Part shown: positions 63,512 to 64,000 of the stretch, piece by piece | Numbering within the stretch: the stretch's first letter is position 1 | How the letters are laid out: the number at the start of each line of letters is the position of its first letter | From: Selaginella moellendorffii | Lineage: Eukaryota; Plantae; Lycopodiophyta | DNA length: 64,000 nucleotides | NCBI RefSeq assembly: GCF_000143415.4 | Contig: NW_003314300.1 | Coordinates: 387,581-451,580, forward strand | Reading direction: 5' to 3' | Position numbers and translations under genes: made by a program | Notes under the pieces: model-generated | The model's database searches: none | What the model was told of the DNA's origin: nothing | The model's input: the letters and a program-made list of their open reading frames with translations, nothing else

Positions 63512-64000
63512 CTCTCCCCCCCCTTAAGGAAGATTGATGTCCTTATCAATACACACTCTAGTCTAAACCACTAATAAGGAAACAACTCTAGAAAAAGTTC
63601 ATGGTGATCACACTATGTAAGAAATGCACCAACTTAAATAAGTTAGAGTAACCTCTCCATCTAATACAAATGTGCTACAACTTAGACACCTTCTGACTAT
63701 AACTGATAAGGAAATGATTAATGGAGTTAGCTGCATATAAAGAACCAACTCCCTGAGGTGTCGAAGGCTAAAGGATCTCTGAAAGCATGACCAAAATGAT
63801 AAAGAGTTCATTGGATGAGATTGAATCATAGATCAAGTTCGAGACTGACTTTGAGACCAAGTTCGAGACTGAATCCAAGTCTGAGTCCGAGTTGGAGACT
63901 AAGTCTGAGGTCGAGTCCGAGATTGAGTCCAAGATCGAGTCTGAGACCGAGTCCGAATACTAATACAGGTCATAGGGTGAAAGCCCAAAGCGTGTGTCTC
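63512..64000 (-). mobile_element. 3' internal remnant of chromovirus-type Ty3/gypsy element
   Basis: PPT, a degenerate chromodomain-like frame (YAANSI...KL*HICIRWRGYS), and an upstream hexamer repeat encoding SDSVSDSILDSISDS. Confidence 0.5.

Overview
Eukaryotic plant genomic DNA, not prokaryotic. It has compact genes with many ~50-70 nt spliceosomal introns, three PPR genes, a plastid FtsH and a flagellar PACRG gene. That combination points to a seedless land plant with motile sperm, most likely the lycophyte Selaginella (inference). Gene-dense, GC-richer islands (1-17 kb, 31-36 kb, 39-58.6 kb) alternate with AT-rich, TE-derived blocks (17-31 kb, 36-39 kb, 58.7-64 kb), and there is one 102-N assembly gap. 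The most striking locus is a 14-exon gene (41205-44813, ~953 aa by manual splicing). It fuses a cobyrinate a,c-diamide synthase (CbiA/CobB) homolog, whose ATPase half looks intact but whose glutaminase catalytic Cys is replaced by Ala, to a BtuF/TroA-type cobalamin-binding-like domain, in a lineage not known to make or need B12. Other highlights: three intron-split small secreted Asp-Tyr (PSY-like sulfopeptide) genes that the ORF track misses; a frameshifted fungal/Crinkler-like P-loop NTPase; a tRNA-Arg 46 bp upstream of a ZIP transporter start; a G21 tract at the 3' splice site of a splicing-factor intron; an intron-retaining TRS120 fragment; TRIM-like elements; and a large LTR-derived palindrome. 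All gene models were spliced by hand, and family calls come from motif recognition without database searches.
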